Assembly (NCBI GenBank): GCA_963575745.1
Contig: CAUYUJ010000003.1
Span: forward strand, 1,054,001 to 1,118,000
Direction: 5' to 3'
DNA from: Prorocentrum cordatum
Lineage: Eukaryota
Length of the DNA: 64,000 bases
The position numbers were made by a program, and so were the translations under genes. The number at the start of each line of letters is the position of its first letter. Position 1 is the first letter of the stretch. Shown piece after piece: positions 13,140-26,049 of the stretch. The notes beneath the pieces were generated by a model, which saw nothing but the letters and a program-made list of their open reading frames with translations, had not been told where the DNA came from and made no database searches.

Positions 13140-14165
13140 CTCGAAAGTGGCGACTGCTTCATACTTCGCAGCCCCCCATGGATGGCCACGTCTGATCTGA
13201 ATCTGCGTGGGCATGCACTATGCCTGGACCCCGCAGAGGTCCTCCAGAGTGGCGACAATTTCACATTTCGCAGCCCCCTTCAGGGATGGCGAGGTCGACA
13301 TCGAATGTGCGTAAACCCGCACTATACTGGACCCACTGGCAGCCCTCGAAATTGGCGGCAGTTTCACACATCGAACCCCCAGGAATGGCGAGGTCGAGTA
13401 TGAATCTGCGAAGGCCCGCACTATGCTGGACCCCCCCCCCAGTAGCCCTCCAAAGTGGCGACAATGCACCCCCCCCACAGATGGCGAGGTCTGATCTGAA
13501 TTTGCGTAGGCCCGCACGATGCTGCCCCCCTGCCAACCCACGTAACTGGCAACCGTTTCACATTTCGCAGCCCCCCACGGATGGCAAGGTCGAATCTGAA
13601 CCAGCGTAGGCCCGCGCGATGCTGGACCCCCGAGCAGCTCTAGAAAGTGGCGACGGTTTCACATTTCGCAGCTCCCCATGGACGGATGGCGAGGTCTAAA
13701 TATGAATATGGATAGGCTCGCTTTCTAGAAGCTTTCACAAATGACGACCATTTCACACTTCGCAGCAACCTAAGGATGGATGGCGAAGTCTACGCTGAAT
13801 TTGCGTAAACCCGCACTATGGACCCCCAGCAACCCATCGAAGCAGGCGAATTTCGGAGCCCCCAGGGGTGGCGAGGTCGAGTCTGAATCTGCGTAGGCCC
13901 GCACTATGCCGGACCCCACGGCACCCTTCGAAAGTAGCGACAGTTTCACACTTCGAAGCCCTCCCAGGCATGGCGGAATCAAGTATGAACTGGCTTTGGC
14001 CCTATGCTGGACCCCAGCAGCCCTCGAAACAGGCGAAAGTTTCACACGTCGCAGCCCCCAAGGGATGAACGGCAAGGTTTAATCAGAATCTGCGCAGGCC
14101 CGCACAATGCTGGACCCCCAGCGGCCTTGGAACGTGGCGACACCTTCACACTTCGCAACCCCGAC
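13140..14165. repeat. ~100-bp minisatellite, about 10 diverged copies
   Basis: Unit gatggcgaggtc..atctgaatctgcgtaggcccgcactatgctggacccc..gcagccctcgaaagtggcgaca.tttcacacttcgcagcccc starts near 13181, 13285, 13384, 13480, 13580, 13686, 13779, 13868, 13969 and 14066. Confidence 0.95.
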
Positions 14166-14399
14166 AGGAAATAGGAGGCATGATGCAGCAGAATAGAGGA
14201 GGAGAGAAAAGAAGAGAGGAGTGAGGAGGGGACGGGACGGGATGTGGAGATCGCGATGCTCGATTCCAAACAAAAGCCCATCGGAGCGGTGGACAAAAAA
14301 CAATCTCGGGGGTGCTGAGAAGGGACACTTGCGTAAGCAGCCTTGAGCTCACCCCTTGCCCTAAGGCCGACGAGCTCAAGGCGACGAGGGCCTCAGGGA

Positions 14400-17300
14400 T
14401 GTACCCTTGTGAACGACTGGCGGATCATCTTCGGCGGACATCAAGAGAGCGAGAGCGACGTGCTTACCTCAGGGCACCTCGCGAAACAGACCGCGCTCTC
14501 CTGAAGAGCACGAAAGAGACCTAAGCCATAATAGGTGATGTCTGCGGCTCCCACCCCTGATCTCGCAACGCGGTGCAGCATGCCGTGAACTGAACACGAA
14601 GCCTACGAGGCCCCGATGTCTCCGTGCGCGGCCCTCCTGACCTGAAGTGCCCCCAAAAGGCAACGAAGGGTGGCGCGGGCCCAGAGGTCGTCCACGATGA
14701 CATCGCCGGAATCGATGCGCTTGACGCGCAGCCGCTGGGGCCGCTCCAAATTCTCTCGCGAGGCAGAAACCTTGAGTGGTGATCAATCCCGCTGAATGGC
14801 GAGATCCACCAGAAAGCCAGCAATCCCGGCGTCCGACAGGATCTTTCTTTCCCCTCTGGCGGCCTCGGCCACAGTCTCGGAAGATACGGGCGTTCGAAAT
14901 TCCACGTTCCAGAGCCCAGCCCTCGAGTTTCGACTTTCCCTGGCGAGCCCACTGGAAACCCTGGCGCCCGCTATCGGAAGCCGTCGAGCGATGCCATCAT
15001 GACCACCTGGAGGCCCAGGGAAAGACTCAACAGTTTGCTCACCCCCGGCGCGAGGACTGTCCCGCATATGACAAAGGGATGAAAATAAGAACACCCTTTT
15101 GTTTGGACTTCCCGATGAGCCCTCGGAGGACGGCCGCCCACGGATATGAAAGCGACCTCCCGTCGCGCCGACAGCGCGAGAGCGGGCCCTCGGGGGTCGA
15201 TGGAACCAGTGCGCCCGATGACTGCATCTTGCCGGCCGAAGCGCGCGGCGATCTAACCGGGTCTGCCGAGCGATGGTTCTGGGTCGCGTCATTATGGGCC
15301 CTGTGCTGCCCGAGCTCCATCATCCGGCTACGATTCTTGGCCACCTTCACCTGCATGTCGATATTATGGTCATGGACGGTCTGCCCCGCGTCCTCCTGCG
15401 AATAGGCCTGCCGCCCGCTCGCCCGGCGAGGCTCCAGGCAGGGCTTGGCCGGCGCAGACTGGCGCGCTGTCGGCGTGAAGTCGGGCCGCGTTGGCCGCCT
15501 CCGACGAGCATCTTGGGGGAGCTGCCGGGGCCGCCTTGGACCTCGCGCCCGGCACGTCGGCCACGCGCGGGAGACTCACCTCGCAGCCCGCGACGCCAAT
15601 GCTCGAATCCGTAGACGGCCTGCTGCGGCCTGCGCTCGGCCGCTGTTGCTCGCCCGCGGGGGGGCCTGGCATCTCCGCCTTCAGCTCGGTATTGGCCTGC
15701 TCCTTCTCCATCTGGTTCTCGAGCTTGGCGACCCTTCATGGCTTTCGCCTGCGCGCCGTGCTCGCCCTTGACCTTGATCAAGCCCCTCCCCGAGGGCGTG
15801 AACCAGAAATAATACAGGCGCAGCCTGCACTGCCCGCAAATGCCTCGCCGGTCGCGCGAAGGGCCTGGGCTCCGCGATGCTGGGCAGGAAAACGAGTAAG
15901 CGAAGCGCCATTCTCCGCCGCGCCATCCCTGGACAGCCCATGAAGAGTTGCCCTCGCGAGAGGGCCCCTTCTCCACCGGTGGCCAGAACTCAGCGAGGCC
16001 CAGGTCTGCAGGCGGTTCCCGGGGCCGGTCCTGACCCGCCTCGAGGTCCGAGTCGATGTCGACCTTCAGGGATGGTCTCCAGGACGTCGACCATCGCGAA
16101 TTCCGACTCGGACCCCGAGCGCGCCCTCGCCTTGCGGCGAAGGACCGCGAGCGACCGCGATGTCCCAGCAGCGGGCGCCATCTTTTTCTTGGCGCCACGG
16201 GCATCGCGGTCGCCAGGATCTCAGACCAATCGATCTAGGAGCTCGATGGGCGGCCAGGCCGCCCGCGAGCCCCAAAAAGCTGCAGAGGGACAGACGCGTC
16301 TACCGAGCCCCCCGAAACCTCCGGCTCTGGCACTGCTGCATTCTCGAGAGACTCGACGAGAGGAGAAGAAGGGGAAGATTGCCGCCGGCGCCTACCCTGG
16401 CCGCCCCCCCTCCCCCGCCCTCGGGAACCGCGCCGATCGTCTCCGCGGACTCGCTCTCGAACCCCACGAAAGCGGGGAACTTCCAGGCCGTCTCAAGCGC
16501 GAGGCCCCACTCGTGGCAGCCCAGATCGAACATCGAAACGAAGCGTTGGCCAGACGGGGAACGCGCCGTGGGAACCCGCTTCCCCTGCGCGCCCACCTGT
16601 ACCATTATCCCAACGAGATCGAAGACCCCGCTGACGCACCGCAGCAGCATCGCCGGAAGTAGGGGCGCACGGGCGCGCGGCATTACTAGGAACCCCGCGA
16701 CCCAACAATCATGGGATCACCGGCGCGAGCGCTCGAGCTTTTGGCCTGACGCGTCCCCGAACGCAATTTGCCGTTTGATCGCCCTCGTCTCCCATCGCCC
16801 CCCTCGCGTGAATGATGTAGCCCCTCGCCTCGAACGACTCGGTCATCCTCTACAGGTCTGGCCCCCCGACCAGCGCCTGGCCTGCCGCCGTGCCCACGAG
16901 TGCGCGGCGCCCCAGGGCGCGCGGCGAGATCCCAGCGAAATGCTCGCACGTGCCCGCGCCGGCGATAACCTCGAGCACCTTTGCCAGGTGGTCTGACAGA
17001 ACTGGCCATGATTCCGCGGAGTCTTCGAACGAGATGAAGCACGATTTCTTCGACCTGTCCTTGTCCGCAGCGTCTTGATGCGACCATCTGCGGAGCGGGG
17101 CGGGTTCTTGCAGCCCTCTCGCCGACGGCCCTTCTCCCCGCAGATACCGCGCCAAGAACGCTTTTCCAGATCGCCGCCAACGATTCGCTTTCGCCCCTGA
17201 TCTGCGCACTGGTGGCCGAAGAAGTCGCGCTCCACCTGTCGAGCCGCCATGAACTGTCTGAATCATTGCCGCGCTCTCCGCCTCTCCGTTTCTGCCACCT

Positions 17301-18360
17301 CCGCGTGCACCTTCGTGATGTCTTCCTCGGACAGGTCCTAAGAGCCGACAGCTACCGGGAATGTCGCGCCCCCCCTCTGCGAAGTCGACTTCGGACGCGT
17401 CTCGCTAAATCTCGCCTTCGCCGTCATCGTGTCCATGCCATCCAGGCCGCGACGTCGGGCGGCGACGGCATCTCTGCTGACGCCCTCGCAGAGGGCGAAG
17501 GTCGGGGGGCGCGGCAGGAATGCGTTTTCCTCGACGTCCAGCGCGCGCAGCTCATGTCGAAGGGCCTCGGCCGCATCCGCGTCCTGCGTCGACGCATTCA
17601 GCGTCGCGCGGTTCTGGGCCGACAGTAGGGCATCCTCTTCGCACATCTTATCCACCACTGCGTCTGGAAGCACCAGGCCCATGGTCGCAGCCGTCGAGAG
17701 CTGCTGGACCTCCTCAGCACGAGGTCGGCGAGAGACTCGGCTCTGCACCTGGTCGCGTCGAACAGCGCCGCGTTCTGAGCCCCTCTCGCCTCGTCGCCCT
17801 GCCCCTCTCCATTGGGCGCTACAAGGCGCGGGGAAAACAACGAGTTTCGACTCCATATTGTCCGTCGACATGGGCCCTCACAGAGGTGAGCTTTGCCTGG
17901 AAGTACACGGAGTGCCTCTCGAAAAAATTGAAAACCTACTCTCGGGCTTGAACCGCCTCCCTTGGACCACATGCGGATGCTACTAGCGTCAATCTCGAGG
18001 CGTTCAAGTGCAAGCCAGGTCGGGTGAGCTGAGCTGTATCTGCCAGCACCCCCCTTCTGCCAACTTCGATCCAATCCCTGGTCCTGGAGTCCTGGGGGGC
18101 CCGCGCGCGCCGCGCGTCGCAGCGGCCCCGCCGGTCGGCCCCCGGCTTTCTGCGAGACGCCCCCAAGGCGTCGGCCCGCCAGTCTGCCCGCCAATCATCA
18201 AGCCAATCTTCAAATTTTTGTTATCCTGGCAGCTGCTTCTGCGGCCCCGCATGCGGCTCAGCTGGCGTCTCATTTGGGCTCGTCGAACCCTCGGCGTCCT
18301 GAGCCGCGCTCGCCCCCGCCCCCTCTCCGCCCGCTTCCGTCATCGCGCCCCGCCAACAAC
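14400..18360 (-). mobile_element. Decayed Ty1/copia-like LTR-retrotransposon gag-protease region, tandem copy 1
   Basis: Frameshifted minus-strand peptides: gag-like GLVLPDAVVDKMCEEDALLSAQNRATL; retropepsin motif RALVGTAAGQALVGG (~16861-16905); protease C-terminal LLPAMLLRCVSGVFDLV...GKRVPTARSPSGQRFVSMFD; CGQCRLRLYY. Confidence 0.65.
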
Positions 18361-21300
18361 GCGAACGACTGGCGGGTCGTCTTCGGCGGGCGTCGATGGA
18401 ACGAGGGCGATGCGTTCATCGCTGGGCACCTCGCGAAACATGCCGGGCCCCTCTGAAGAGCGCGGAGAACCTATGCCACCATGGCTAAACACAGCGCGCG
18501 CACGCCACTTGCTCACGCACGGGAGAAAGGGAAAACGAGGAGGACGCGAATGCAGCCCCAAGATCGGCACCGAGAAAAGGCGGCGCAAATCAATGGAATT
18601 TGGCTATGTTTGGCCAGCAGGTAAGCCATGCCGTCTGGGCGAGGGGGGCCACGGCAGTTGCGCGGATGGCCCTCGCGCGACCAAGGGACCTCAGGATCTG
18701 GCGCCGGAGCGCCAGAGCGGGGGTCGCTTTCGGCCTCGCCATCCCGCTGCGATCCTCGCTCATCTTCGCCTGCATGTCGATATTCGCGTTCACCTGGTCC
18801 CGGGTGGTTCGCCGCGCGTGTCCTTGAACTGACGTGCCGCCCACTCGCCCGGCGAGATCCCTGGCGGGGTCTTGGCCGGCGCAGACCGGCGCGCCGTCGG
18901 CGCGGAAGGGGCCGCATTGGCCACCGCCGAAGGGCGTCTAGAGGGAGCTGCTGGGGCGCCTTAAACCTCGCGCCCGGCCCGTCGGCCACGCGCGGGGGGC
19001 TCGCCTCGCAGCCCGCGGCGCCGGTGCTCGACCCGCCGCGGTTCGCCCTCGGCCGCGGCTGCACGTCCGCGGGGGGCTCTGGCATCTCCGTAGTTTGCTC
19101 GGTCTTGGCCTGCTCCGTCTCCATGTGGTTCTCGAGATTGGCGATCTCCTTCGCGGCCTTCACCTGCGCGTCGTGCTCGCGCATGAGCTTGATCTGGCCC
19201 CTCTCCGAGGGCGCGAACTTGAAGTGGCGCTGGCGCGTGCTGCGCGCCCGCAGTGCGCGCAGTTCCCCGCCGGCCGCTCGATTCGGACCCCGCGCCCCTG
19301 CCTGGCGCCCGGAGACCACGAGCGACAGCGATGTCATGGCAGCGGGCGCCGTCTTCTCGGGCGCCGCGGACATCGTGGTCGTCGAGATCTCAGACCAATC
19401 GATCCAAGAGCTCTTTGGGTGGCCAGGTCGCCCGCGAGCCCAAAGTGGCCGCGGAAGGAGAAACGCGTCGACTGGGCCTTCTCGAAACCTCTGACTCTAG
19501 CCGCGCTGCGTTCTGAAGAGACTCTGCGAGAGGGGGGGGGGAATACTACCGCTGGCATCCACCACGGCGCCCCCCCCCCCCCCCCAGCACTCGGAAGACG
19601 CGCCGATCGCCCCCGCGAGCTCGCTTTTGAACATCGCGAAATTGGCGAACTTCCTGGCCAGCTCAGGCGCGGGGCCCTACTCGCGGCGGCCCCAGATCGA
19701 TCATCGGAACAAATCGATGGGCGGACAGGGGGCGCGCGCGCCATGGGAACCCGCTTCCCCTGCGCGCGCACCTGCATCATATTCCGAACGAGATCGATGA
19801 CCCCGTCGATGCAACGTAGCAACTCAGCCGGAAGTAGGGCGAACACGCGCGCGGCAGCACCGCGAAGTCCACGACGCCGCAACCGCGGAGGATCGCCGGC
19901 ACGAGCGCGGGAACAACCCGTTTGAAGCGTTCTCCAACGCCATTCGCCGTCGGAGCGCCCTCGTCTCCGATCGCCTCCCTCGCGTGAGCGATGTAGCCCC
20001 TGGCCTCGAACGACTCTATTATCCTCTCCAGGTCTGGACCCCCAGACAAGCGCTTGGCCCGCCGACGCGTCCACGAGAGCCCGGCGCCCGAGGTCGCGCA
20101 ACGCGATCCCGGCGACATGTTCGCACTTGCCGGCGCCGGCGATGACCTCAACTACCTTTACCAAGCGGCATGAAAGAACAGGCCATCATCCCTTGGAGTC
20201 ATCCAGCGAGATGAAACACAATGGTATCATCCTGTACCTTGCCCGCAGCATCTTGGCGCGATCGGCAAACGAGCGGAACCAGCGTCTGACGTCCCCCCGC
20301 CGGCGGCCCTTCTCTCCGAGGTTGCTGCACCTCGAACGCCTCCTCGAATCGCCGCCAATCGCTGGCTTTCGCCCCTGATCTGCACGCTGGCGGCTGAAGA
20401 GATCGCGTTCCACCTTCCCGTCCGCCTTCAACTGGTTGAATTATTGCCGCGCCCTCCGCATCTTCGTTTCGGCCACCTCCGCGCACGCCTACATGAATTC
20501 TTCCTCTGACAGGCCCTGAGCTACGACACCCGCCGGGACTGTCGTGGCTTCCCATTCTGCGAAGTGTACTTCGAACGCGTCTAGCTGATCCTCGCCTGCG
20601 TCGTCATCATGCTCATGCCATCCTGGCCACGTTGACAAGAAGCGGTGGCATCTCTGCCAGCGTCCTCTCAGAGGACGAGGGGGTCGGGAGGCGCGGCAGT
20701 ACAACGTTTTCTTTGACGTCGCGCATGAACAACCCATGTCGAATGGCCTCGGCCGTCTCCTTGCTCTGCGCCAGCGTCTTCATCATGCTGCGGCTCTTGA
20801 CCGACGGAGAGGCATCCTTCTCGTACAAGCTATTCACCACTGCGTCTGGAAGTACCAGGCCCGTGGTCGCAGCCTCCGAGAGCTGCTGGTCCCTCCTCAG
20901 CACGAGATCGATGAGAGACTCGGCTCTGTCTATGGTCACGTCGAGCAGCGCCGCGTTCTGAGCCTCTCTCTCTCTCTCTCTCTCTCTCCTTTTCGCCCTG
21001 CCTCTCTCCGCTGCTGCCAGATGCGAGAAAAGAGCTTCGACTCATTGTTTTTCGTCGAACTCGGCCCTTTCTCAGGTGAACATCGCCAGACAGTATACGG
21101 GGTGTCCCTCGGGAAACTAGGAAGACCTACTCTCAGTTTTGCTACGAATCGCCCTCGTGGCCAACGAGCGGACATCACTCGCGTCGATGATCGAGGCGTT
21201 CCAGTCCAAGCCAGGTCGGGTGAGCTGAATAGTCTCTGTTCGCGTGTTGCTTCTGCCAGCTTTTCTATCTTGGCACCGGTCCTGGGGAGCCCACGCACAC

Positions 21301-21475
21301 CATGCGTCGCATCGGTCCCGCCACCACTTTCTCCAATCCTGGAGTCTGCTTCTGTGGCGCTGCATGCGGCTCAGCTGGTGCCTCATCTGAGCCTGTCGAA
21401 TCCTCGTCGTCCTGAGCTGCACTCGCCCCCGCCTCCTTTCTGCCCGCTTCCGTCATCGAGCTCCGCTAACAATGT
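18361..21475 (-). mobile_element. Decayed Ty1/copia-like gag-protease region, tandem copy 2
   Basis: Colinear with copy 1: LQDWRKWWRDRCDAW (gag N-terminus-like), GLVLPDAVVNSLYEKDA, RALVDASAGQALV (~20045-20085), LLPAELLRCIDGVIDLVRNMMQVRAQGKRVPM. Confidence 0.65.
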
Positions 21476-21835
21476 AAACGACTGGCGGATCGTCTTCGGC
21501 TGGCATCGATGGAACGAGGGCGATGTGTTTATCGCTGGGCACCTCGCGAAACAAAACAGGATCTCCTGAAGAGCACGGGAGAAACCTGAACCATCATGGC
21601 CAAGCACAGCAAACACACACACGCACACTACCTGCTCACACCTGGGGAAATCGGCACCGAGAAAAGGTGGTGCAAAGCATTGGGGCATGGCTACGTTCCA
21701 GGCTGGCACGTAAGCTTTGCCGTCTGGGCCAAGGGGGGGGGGGGGCACGGCAGCTGCGCGGACGGCCCTCGCATGCTCGAGAGGCCTCATGATCTGGCAC
21801 CGGAGGGCCAGATCGGGGGTCGCTTTCGGGCCATG
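21476..21835 (-). mobile_element. Truncated third copy of the same tandem unit
   Basis: aacgactggcgg.tc.tcttcggc...gggcacctcgcgaaaca is shared with ~14411 and ~18363. Similarity ends after ggggtcgctttcgg (~21830). Confidence 0.7.
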
Positions 21836-22859
21836 CGGGACGCTGGTACCATCCAGGACGTCTGGGTATCTGGCGCACCGGTATTCGGGCTGAGGGGCTG
21901 GATGGCCCAATATCGAATCGGAAAAGAGAACCGGCAATCGAAATTCGCTGAATCTGCAGAAATCGGCAGGCAGATCGGAAGGCATTGAAAGCGACGCCCA
22001 GCGGCCCGAGCCGAGCCTGCACAAGGAAACCCAAACCGAAGTCGGCATTCAGAGTCGAATCGAATCGAAATGGGAACCCTCGAAATCGAATCGATTCGAA
22101 TCGACGGTCGAAACGGGTCCTGGAGAGGTGTTGGATTAGGGATCGGAGGTTGTCGCGGCCTGGAAGCGGCGGAGCACACCCCATGCTCTGCTGGCCGTCT
22201 AAAGGAACCCTCGCGGGACAACGAATGCGCTAAGGCCCCCCAGACTCCCTGGAACGATCCTCGATGAGCGCCTCCTCTGTTCGGCGGCGCGCCCGGGGGG
22301 GAAACGAGAGGGGGCGGGCCTTCTCAGAGGGCTGGAAGTTGAATAAGCCTTCCCCGAAACACACACAAGCAATCTCACAAGGCGCCAGGGTTTCTGAGAA
22401 GCCTTGCCGCCTTCTGAGAAGGCCTGCTCCTTCGGAATTTCGCATCTGATCTGTGACAGGGCCGCGTTTTGGCTCATGAAGGACCTCAGGGCAACGACAT
22501 GCAGTGAGAAGGGCAGGCAGTGGGGGATGGGGACAGACAGCGCGGCACTGAGGGAGGGGAATACGCAATGCATGATGCATGAGAGCTGCGAGGGCAGAAA
22601 TATTAAGAGGGCAAATGAAATCCTGAATTGCGCAAGTGAAGTTGGGGATCGCAGTAAGCTGCAACTAGGATTCGTGATGGAGCACAGGGAGGGAGAATGC
22701 AAAGTAAGGGTACGTAGCGGCCCGCAGATCCGGATAAGAGTGAAGGGGCGGTGGCGACGTCGGCAGTCTGCGAGACTCTGGAGAAGCCCGCCGCGGCGCC
22801 AAAGTTTCACAAATTATACACAGCCTGCCGCAGGCGCCGATTTTTTCTTCAAACCAATG

Positions 22860-23235
22860 TGGATCGGTCGCGGGTGGATCGCGGGTGGGTCGCGGGGTGG
22901 GTCGCGGGTGGGTCGCAAGTGGGTCGCGGGTGGGTCGCGGGTGGGTGGGTCGCGGATGGGTCGCGGGGTGGGTCGCGGGGTGGGTCGCGGGATGGGTCGC
23001 GGGTGGGTCGCGGGTGGGTCGCGGGGTGTGTCGTGGGGTGGGTGGCGTGTGGGTCGCGGGTTGGTTCGCGGATGGGTCGCGGGGTGTGTCGCGAGGTGGG
23101 TCGCGGGTGTGTCGCGGGTGGGTCACGGATGGGTCGCGGGGTGTGTCGCGGGTGGGTCGCGGGTTGGTTCGCGGGTGGGTCGCGGGGTGGGTCGCGGGGT
23201 GGGTCGCGGGGTGGGTCGCGGGTGGGTCGCGGGGG
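22860..23235. repeat. G-rich minisatellite, unit GGGTGGGTCGC(G), 11-12 bp
   Basis: About 30 consecutive variant units, read directly. Confidence 0.95.
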
Positions 23236-25204
23236 GGACGACGACAACAAACAACAATAACAACAACAAGAACAACAACGTAACAAGCATAATCCTCACC
23301 ACGGATTCTCACTTCAACCACGCACCCAGGGACATTGAATGACCGTTCGGCTCCCCCACTCTGACCAAGGAGACTACGAGTAAATATTAGATGAGCCATA
23401 CACTCCAATCACGACGAACGCTTTGCGGTTGTAGGCAAGTTGGACAGAAATAGCTGCAACAGAAACCAAGAGAAGAAGCGCTAGATCACCAGGACAAAAC
23501 AAAACGGCTTGAAACAATAGTGAACACACAGATGAGCACATTCAGAGGAACTTGCAGTAGCCGCACCACTTCGAAGCTCGAGTGATAACTCTGCGCATGC
23601 TCTGACACCGCCCCCGGCGGCGCGGACAAAGCTCCAATAGCCCATACGTTGGGCTCTGTCGAAACGCGCGCCTCGCGGCGGGGGGGAAAAAGGCACTTGC
23701 AGAAAAAGACCGGCATGCAACATCAACCAAATGACCGACCCTGAAAATCAACTGATGATGGGCGTCCTGACCGCAAAGTCTGAAAATGGCCATCACAAGT
23801 TTCGAGAAGAAGCCCCAGACTCACACGATTGTCCCCATACAAGATGCCCATGCTAGATCAATAAAGCAACTGGGTACCAAACGGACAGCATCTCCAAGAC
23901 TCTACAGAATCCCCCGTGGGTTTGTGCGGGATCGCCCGTTGTCTGTACGAGCGTGTCTGTGCGTTTGCGTGCACGCCAATCTATGCGCGAGTGCTTGCGG
24001 GTAGTAAGCGCTGGGGCGCACTTACGTGGGGACGCGCTAGTAGGGACAGGGGCTTTCGCGAGGACGCGCTCACGGCAGTACGAAATCATACAACGCAGCA
24101 AGTCCTTCCGAAATGTGATATCAGCGCGTGGACCCCAATCGTTTTTTCTCCCCTCCCTGCGCACTGCGTCCCCCCTCCCTCCGCAGCCCTTGTCCCCTTG
24201 TTTCCTCGCCCCTTCCTCTTTTCCCCCCCTCGACCTCCCGCCCCTTCATAACGCCGCTGTCGGTTTGCGCGGCGGATGCCCTCTCCCTCTCACAACTTTA
24301 CCAAGGTGGCCATGTGAGCGCACGCGTTGCCCGCCGCAGCTTGCGATGGGTCGTAGTCTTGATAGCCACGGCAACCAATTACCCAAACATTTCGCGCACC
24401 GTGCGCGGATGTAGGGTGCCACGCCCATTGCTACGCGAATCAGGAGGGGAATGGGAGTGAGGAAACGGAGAAGGAGGAAGAGGGGTGGAGGAATGGAGGG
24501 CAGAGAGAGGGATGATGAGAAGAAAGAAGAGTGCAAGAGTATGGTGAAGGTGACAATGGTAATAGTGACGTTGCCGATGCCGCAAATAGATGTCGGGCTC
24601 GTTCACCCCCTGGTGATGGTATGTCTCTGCTGCGTCGGGCGTGGGCCGCTGTGCGCAATCGCTTCGTCAGGTTGCGGCCCGAGCCCGCGCTTTGCCAGCA
24701 GGGCCGAGCGCCGGAGAGACGCGCAGCCCCGTGCGTACCCAGCTGGCGCCCTCCAGACAGGGCCTTGCTGTCGAGGATCGAAGGAGTTGCCATCTGCTCC
24801 TTGGCGGAAGGCGGCGGAGGGGCGGCGGGAGCCGGCGGAAGTAGAACGGGGGCGGCTCCGACGGCAGAAGGTCGGCGGAAGCCGGAGGAGGTAAAAATCT
24901 GCCTCCCAAGGAATGGATGGCAGCCTTATGGGGTCTCAGGGTTTCCGGAACCCGCCAACTCTCGCCCAGGCCAGCAGCGTCACGTGAGCGACGATCAGCA
25001 AAAGAGTATGGGCGATTGTGGGGGGTGCGTTTTGTGAGGCGCATAGCGGCATGTTGTGTTTTAGGCTGTATGTGCTTGCGTTGTTTTGTGTGGTGTGCAA
25101 TATTGTGATGTTTCTGGGTCTGTGAGGATCGTGCTGATCAACGAGCTATAGCGCTAGCGCTACTTCTTTCCAGCACTACGAAGACAATTCTCTTGGCATC
25201 TACG

Positions 25205-25390
25205 ACAAAAAGAATTCCTTCTCTGACCCGCCACAGAGGCAACTTTATTGTAATCCTGAACAAAAGGATTCTGTGATCCGCCACGATAAGAATCCGTTGC
25301 AAAGGAATTCTTCTGTAATTCGCCACAAAAAGAATCCTATAATCCGCACAGAAGAAATCCTTTTGTAATCCGGCACAATAAGGATCCTTG
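25205..25390 (+). repeat. AT-richer ~27-30-bp satellite (gtaatccgccacaaaaggaatcctt-like)
   Basis: Unit reiterated about 6 times. Same family as 27820-28460. Confidence 0.8.
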
Positions 25391-26049
25391 TGTTTTTTCC
25401 CCCTCCAGCGAAGCACCAACCAACGTCCACCACACGAAGTCACCAGACTGGGTGCCAGCTGCCGAGTTCACGCAACTACGAGCTACTCGCCAGGCCCGAG
25501 ACAAGAATCCTGGACTGGGGCAACGAAGCAAATGCATGTCACGGGATCGGTGCATGGACGGAGAACGACAACACGACCACCGCGGCACAATGGCCCACGT
25601 CACATGGCCGAACAACATGAAGAAACGAGGTCAAGCGCAGCGGCACCGCACATGCACAGGAAGTGGACGGAGGCTGTCCTGTGAACGTGGCCGAAATTAC
25701 GGCAACAAGTTCCAGGAGAAACAGGGAAGGAGGACAAACAAAAAAAACAACTGCACAAACGGAGCCAACACGCAAACCTAATTTCTAAAAGTGTCTGGTT
25801 TGCCCCCTTCTTTGGCACCAGAGCTCTACACGATACGAACTCACCCCAAATCGTATCGATGAAACGGGGGCGAGAAGGAGAGGGGGGACAAGAGGAGGAA
25901 GAAGGGAGGAAGGAGGGAAAACACAAACGGCCAGTCAAATGAGTTGAACAATGTGGAGCCGGACTTGGGAGGTGCAGGGGACGGGAAGCTCTGAGAGCCA
26001 ACCGCCCCTGACGCCCCCAAGGCGATGAGCGCCGGGGACCAGCGCCAGG

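Noticed and set aside
13140..14165. Regularly spaced repeats as a CRISPR array
   Set aside because: The whole 100-bp unit is repeated, with no unique spacers and no cas genes. It is a minisatellite.
22460..22480. ttttggctca as a dinoflagellate spliced-leader relic (also ttttggctc at ~6781)
   Set aside because: Only 9-10 nt match, without the CCGTAGCCA 5' part or the terminal AG.
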